Shown: positions 59,863-64,000 of the stretch, one piece after another
Layout: each line of letters opens with the position of its first letter
Numbering within the stretch: position 1 is the first letter of the stretch
NCBI GenBank assembly: GCA_043228905.1
Contig: JBHGNT010000020.1
Coordinates: 2,666,001 to 2,730,000, forward strand
DNA from: Azolla caroliniana
Lineage: Eukaryota > Plantae > Polypodiophyta
Direction of reading: 5' to 3'
Length of the DNA stretch: 64,000 nt
Program-made: the position numbers and the translations under genes
The notes under the pieces: model-generated
What the model was told of the DNA's origin: nothing
The model's database searches: none
The model's input: the letters and a program-made list of their open reading frames with translations, nothing else

Positions 59863-62800
59863 TGTTGAGAAGCAAGCTCAATATGGTATGTGATGCTTAT
59901 TAGGAAATAAGCTATAGTAGCTATTTAGCTACTTGTGAACATAAAGGAGAAACAACTAATTAGCTACTGACAGCTATTTAGCGACTGACAGCTAATTAGC
60001 TACAGGCAGCTAATTAGCTGCATACGTAAGTAACTTATTACTTAGGTAAAAAGTAAGAGAGTAGGTAAGTAAGAAAAATATACAAGAAGTAGAACTCTGA
60101 GAGAGAGTGTGAGTATAGAGAGAAAGAACTCAGAGAGTGAGAGCAGAAGAGAGAAACAGACGAGAGCAAGTAGAGCTCTGCGGGTAATGAAATAGAAGAA
60201 GTTTTGGTTGCTACAGAGGTAAGTCTCCTTCTCCCTTCCCTTCTGTGTTTGAGCACTAAACGATCTAGCACACCACGATCCGCCGCGCACATAAGAAGAG
60301 CCCGAGTGCCTTCTTCATGTTTTCTTAACATGGTATCAGAGCAAAGTTGCTCATAAAGAAGAGTACAGAAGTGCGTAGAACTGAGAAAGGTATTTCTCTG
60401 GTTGATGATCTGAATCAGAAAGTTACTTGTTGAAGTAATTGTAACAGAAAACCTAGTTTGGAAGAGATAATGGCTGTAGAGAATGCGAGCCAAATAGTTA
60501 CAGAGAAACTAGATAAAAACAATTTCCCGGCGTGGAAATTTAGAATGACAAACTTCCTGATGGGGAAAGCATACTGGGATTACATTGAAGGAGACCTAGA
60601 AGAGGCTTTGGAGATCCCAGAAGAAAATGCCACAGCAGCACAGATTAAAGCATTCAAAGATTGGAATCAAGGGGCAAGGAAGGTAATGGATTGGCTCTCA
60701 CTTAGCATCTCAGATTCGATGCTTGGGCACATACAGGATGCTATGCTCCCAAAAGAAGCTTGGGACAGTTTGGTAAAACTGTTTGCAGTAAACACAAAAG
60801 CTAGAAAGCTACAGTTGAAGACTGAGCTAAATACCTTAGAAAAAGGTAAGATGTCAATAAATGAGTATGCCTTGAAAATAAAGAGCATATGTGAATCACT
60901 TGCTTCTATCAATGTAAAGATAGAAGATGATGATAAGGTAGAAATATGCTTGAGAGGCTTGGGACCTCAATACAAAAGCTTTAAAACCTCTATGCTTACA
61001 AGGGATAGTATCCCAAGTTTTCCAGATTTGGTTTCAATGCTTGTAGTAGAAGAAAGGAATAAGATGGATGATGTAAATAAAGGAAATCTTGAGAATGAGG
61101 GGCAAGCTCTATATAATAGTGCCGGAAGAGGCTGAGGAAGAGGCCATGGAAGATTTGGCTCAGCAAGAACCAACAATAATGGTTATCAAGGAAGAGGACA
61201 ACAAACCATTAGAGGAAGAAACAACAACAAAGGTAGGGGGAGCAACCAAGGTAGAGGTAAGCAAATATATGTAAATGATGATGGTTGTTGGTATTGTGGA
61301 AAACCAGGCCACACACAAGCTGAATGTTACAAGAAGCAAAATGATGAGCAAAGAGGAAAGAGACAGCAGAATAACTATGCCCAAACTAGTGAAGATTGTG
61401 AAAAAGATGGTGCATTTGTGGTACAACATGAGATAGCAGCAGTGGTTGAAAGCTCACAGAAATGTAATGAAGAGTTTACATGGTATGTAGACTCGGGGGC
61501 ATCTAACCACATGACTGGACATGCAAACTGGTTTGAAAGGTTGAGAGAACCAGAGATTCCTGGCTATGTACAGACGGGTGATAATAGTACTCACCAAATA
61601 GAACATGTTGGAGATATCCCATTGTGGGAAGAAAAAGGAAAGACTAAGTATATGTTGAATGTAATGCATGTTCCAAATCTTGCTAAGAATCTGATTTCTG
61701 TTGGACAGATAGTAGAGCAAGGTATGCAAGTAAAGTTTAAGCAAAGTGGATGCTATATAGAAAAGAATGGGAAGCTCATTGCAAAAGGAAAACGACAAGG
61801 AAGAATGTTTATTTTGGATGTTGACATGCCTAGACAGATTTCAGCTATGTTTGCAAATGGAATGAGTGTAGTCTCAGATGTGGAAATGTGGCATAAAAGG
61901 ATTGGTCACATAAGTATGCAAACCCTAAAGAATATGTTGAGAAAAGATGCAATGGCTGGACTGCCAAAACTGAAAAATTGTGAAATGGGAAAGATATGTG
62001 AAGCATGTCAATATGGAAAGAAAAATAGGTTGCCATTCCCTCATGAAAGACATGTAAGTAATAATCTGTTGGATTTGGTACATACGGATGTATGGGGACC
62101 AACTAAGAATGCATCTATCGGTGGCTGCAGATTCTATGTAACTTTTATTGATGATTGCTCAAGGAAAACATGGGTGTATTTCATGAAAGAGAAAAGTGAA
62201 GTGTTTGAATGTTTTTGTAAGTTTAAATGCATGGTAGAAAAGCAGACAGGTACAAGAATAAAATGTTTAAGATCTGATGGAGGAGGAGAGTATTTCTCAA
62301 ATGAATTTTCTGATTTTCTATGCAATCAGGGAATAAGAAGATAGTTCACATGTAGATATACTCCACATCAAAATGGAGTTGCTGAGAGGAAAAACAGAAC
62401 ATTGGTGAACATTGCAAGGGCTTTGATGACAGAGAAGAATATGCCATTGTACTATTGGGCAGAAGCTGTAAATACAACAAATTATATTCTAAATAGATGT
62501 ATAACATCGGGAGTACATGAAGCAACTCCTGAAGAGTGTTTCTATGGAAGGAAACCTAGTCTAGAACACTTAAAAGTGTTTGGATGCCTTGCATATGTAC
62601 ATGTGCCTGCAGAAGTAAGAAGTAAGTTGGATCCAAAGGCAGAAAAATGTATTTTTGTTGGCTATTCAGAAGAACAAAAAGGGTATAGATGCTATAACCC
62701 TGTAACAAAGAAGATTGTGACAAGTAGGGATGTAATCTTTGATGAGTTAGCCAGCTGGTACAGTCCAAAACATAATCCAGAGACTGATGAAGACAATGAG

Positions 62801-64000
62801 ATTGAAGACAGAGACAAATCTGAAATTGTAGAAGACTGCCACAGAGATGGAAGCAAGGTTGGACAACAAAATCCAACATCAACAGAATGTTCTGGACCAT
62901 CAAAAAGCTCAGATGGTAAATCTGATTCGAATTCTTGGAGTGGAAAAAGTGGAGGACACAAAAAATGTGATGATAAAAAAGGAAAACAGAAAATGCCAGA
63001 GTATGAAATGTGATGATTCAGATGTGTCATTGGATGATCTTCTTGGTATAAGAGGATTTAAAACCCCTGGTATGGAAAAAGCATTGAAGGATGCAAATCA
63101 TAAACTGAGAAGATCAGATAGAGAGAAAAAAAACTGTTGAAAGATTTGGTTATGATACATATATGGCTATGCATTATGCATATATGTCTAAGGTGGTACA
63201 GATCCCTGATCCAAGTAGTTTTGATGAGGCTAAAACTGAGAAGAAATGGGTGGATGCAATGCAAGAAGAGATTGATGCATTGGCTGAAAACAAAACATGG
63301 GATTTGGTGAAGTTACCAAAAGGAGAAAATGTGGTAGGTTGCAAATGGGTCTACAAGACAAAGCATGATTCCAGTGGGAATGTAAGTAGACATAAAGCAA
63401 GATTGGTTGCAAAGGGATATGCCCAAATGCAAGGAATTGATTATGATGAGACATTTGCACCGGTTACAAAGATGGCAACATTGAGGACATTACTGGCTGT
63501 AGGTGCAGCCAGAAGATGGTTTCTTCATCATATGGATGTAAAAAATGCCTTTTTACATGGTAACTTGGAAGAAGAAGTGTATATGTGTCAACCACCAGGT
63601 TTTGAAGATAGGAAGCATCCAGATTATGTATGTAAGCTGAAAAAGGCTCTCTATGGACTGAAACAGGCACCAAGAGCATGGCACAGAGAACTTTCAGATT
63701 ATCTGAAAAAACTTGACTTCAAAATGTCAAAGGCTGATTCATCATTGTATGTTAAAAGGAAAGATGATTGTATTGTTGTGATTCTGATTTATGTTGATGA
63801 TCTCATCATTGGAGGTGATTTCATGGATGAAATAAGTAAGCTGAAAAGAAATTTGGAAATGAAATTTCATATGAAAGATTTGGGAGATCTAAGATATTTT
63901 TTGGGTATTGAAATCATCAGATCTGAAAGTGGTATATGTGTGTTGCAAAGACAATATGCAACAACTATGTTGAAAAAGTATGGTATGCTTGGATGCAAAC
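59863..64000 (+). mobile_element. Copia F: 5' LTR 59863-60330, iMet PBS 60331-60342, gag-pol from 60470 running off the window
   Basis: TGTTGA...TTAACA + TGGTATCAGAGC; EKLDKNNF, CWYCGKPGH, WYVDSGASNH, WHKRIGH, LRSDGGGEY, KARLVAKGY, YVDDL; a few stops and frameshifts. Confidence 0.95.

Overview
Eukaryotic plant genomic DNA, probably a non-seed land plant such as a fern (inferred from TE content). About 1-10.5 kb holds the 5' part of a minus-strand, spliced host gene encoding a coiled-coil protein. Four in-phase GT-AG exons are visible, and a 7.2-kb intron carries a decayed LINE plus two stacked LINE 3' ends. From about 11.0 kb to the window end there is one deeply nested retrotransposon pile, much of it resolvable by LTR pairs and target-site duplications (TSDs). 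It contains three Ty1/copia elements, two self-priming Tcn1/Tf1-like chromoviruses (B, E), a family of non-chromoviral Ty3/gypsy elements with TGTCG termini, tRNA-Trp PBS and 4-bp TSDs (A, C, G, K, a solo LTR and a fragment), a second gypsy family (autonomous-type D, non-autonomous I and J), and a second LINE. The most striking observation is that D, I and J have no polypurine tract. In its place is a tRNA-3'-half-like sequence ending in CCA, with a covarying hairpin inserted in the T-loop, which suggests tRNA-related priming of the second strand as well. Other covarying RNA signals are also visible: -1 frameshift pseudoknots, self-primers and a pre-PPT hairpin. Everything was read by eye. tRNA and family assignments are from memory and need database confirmation.
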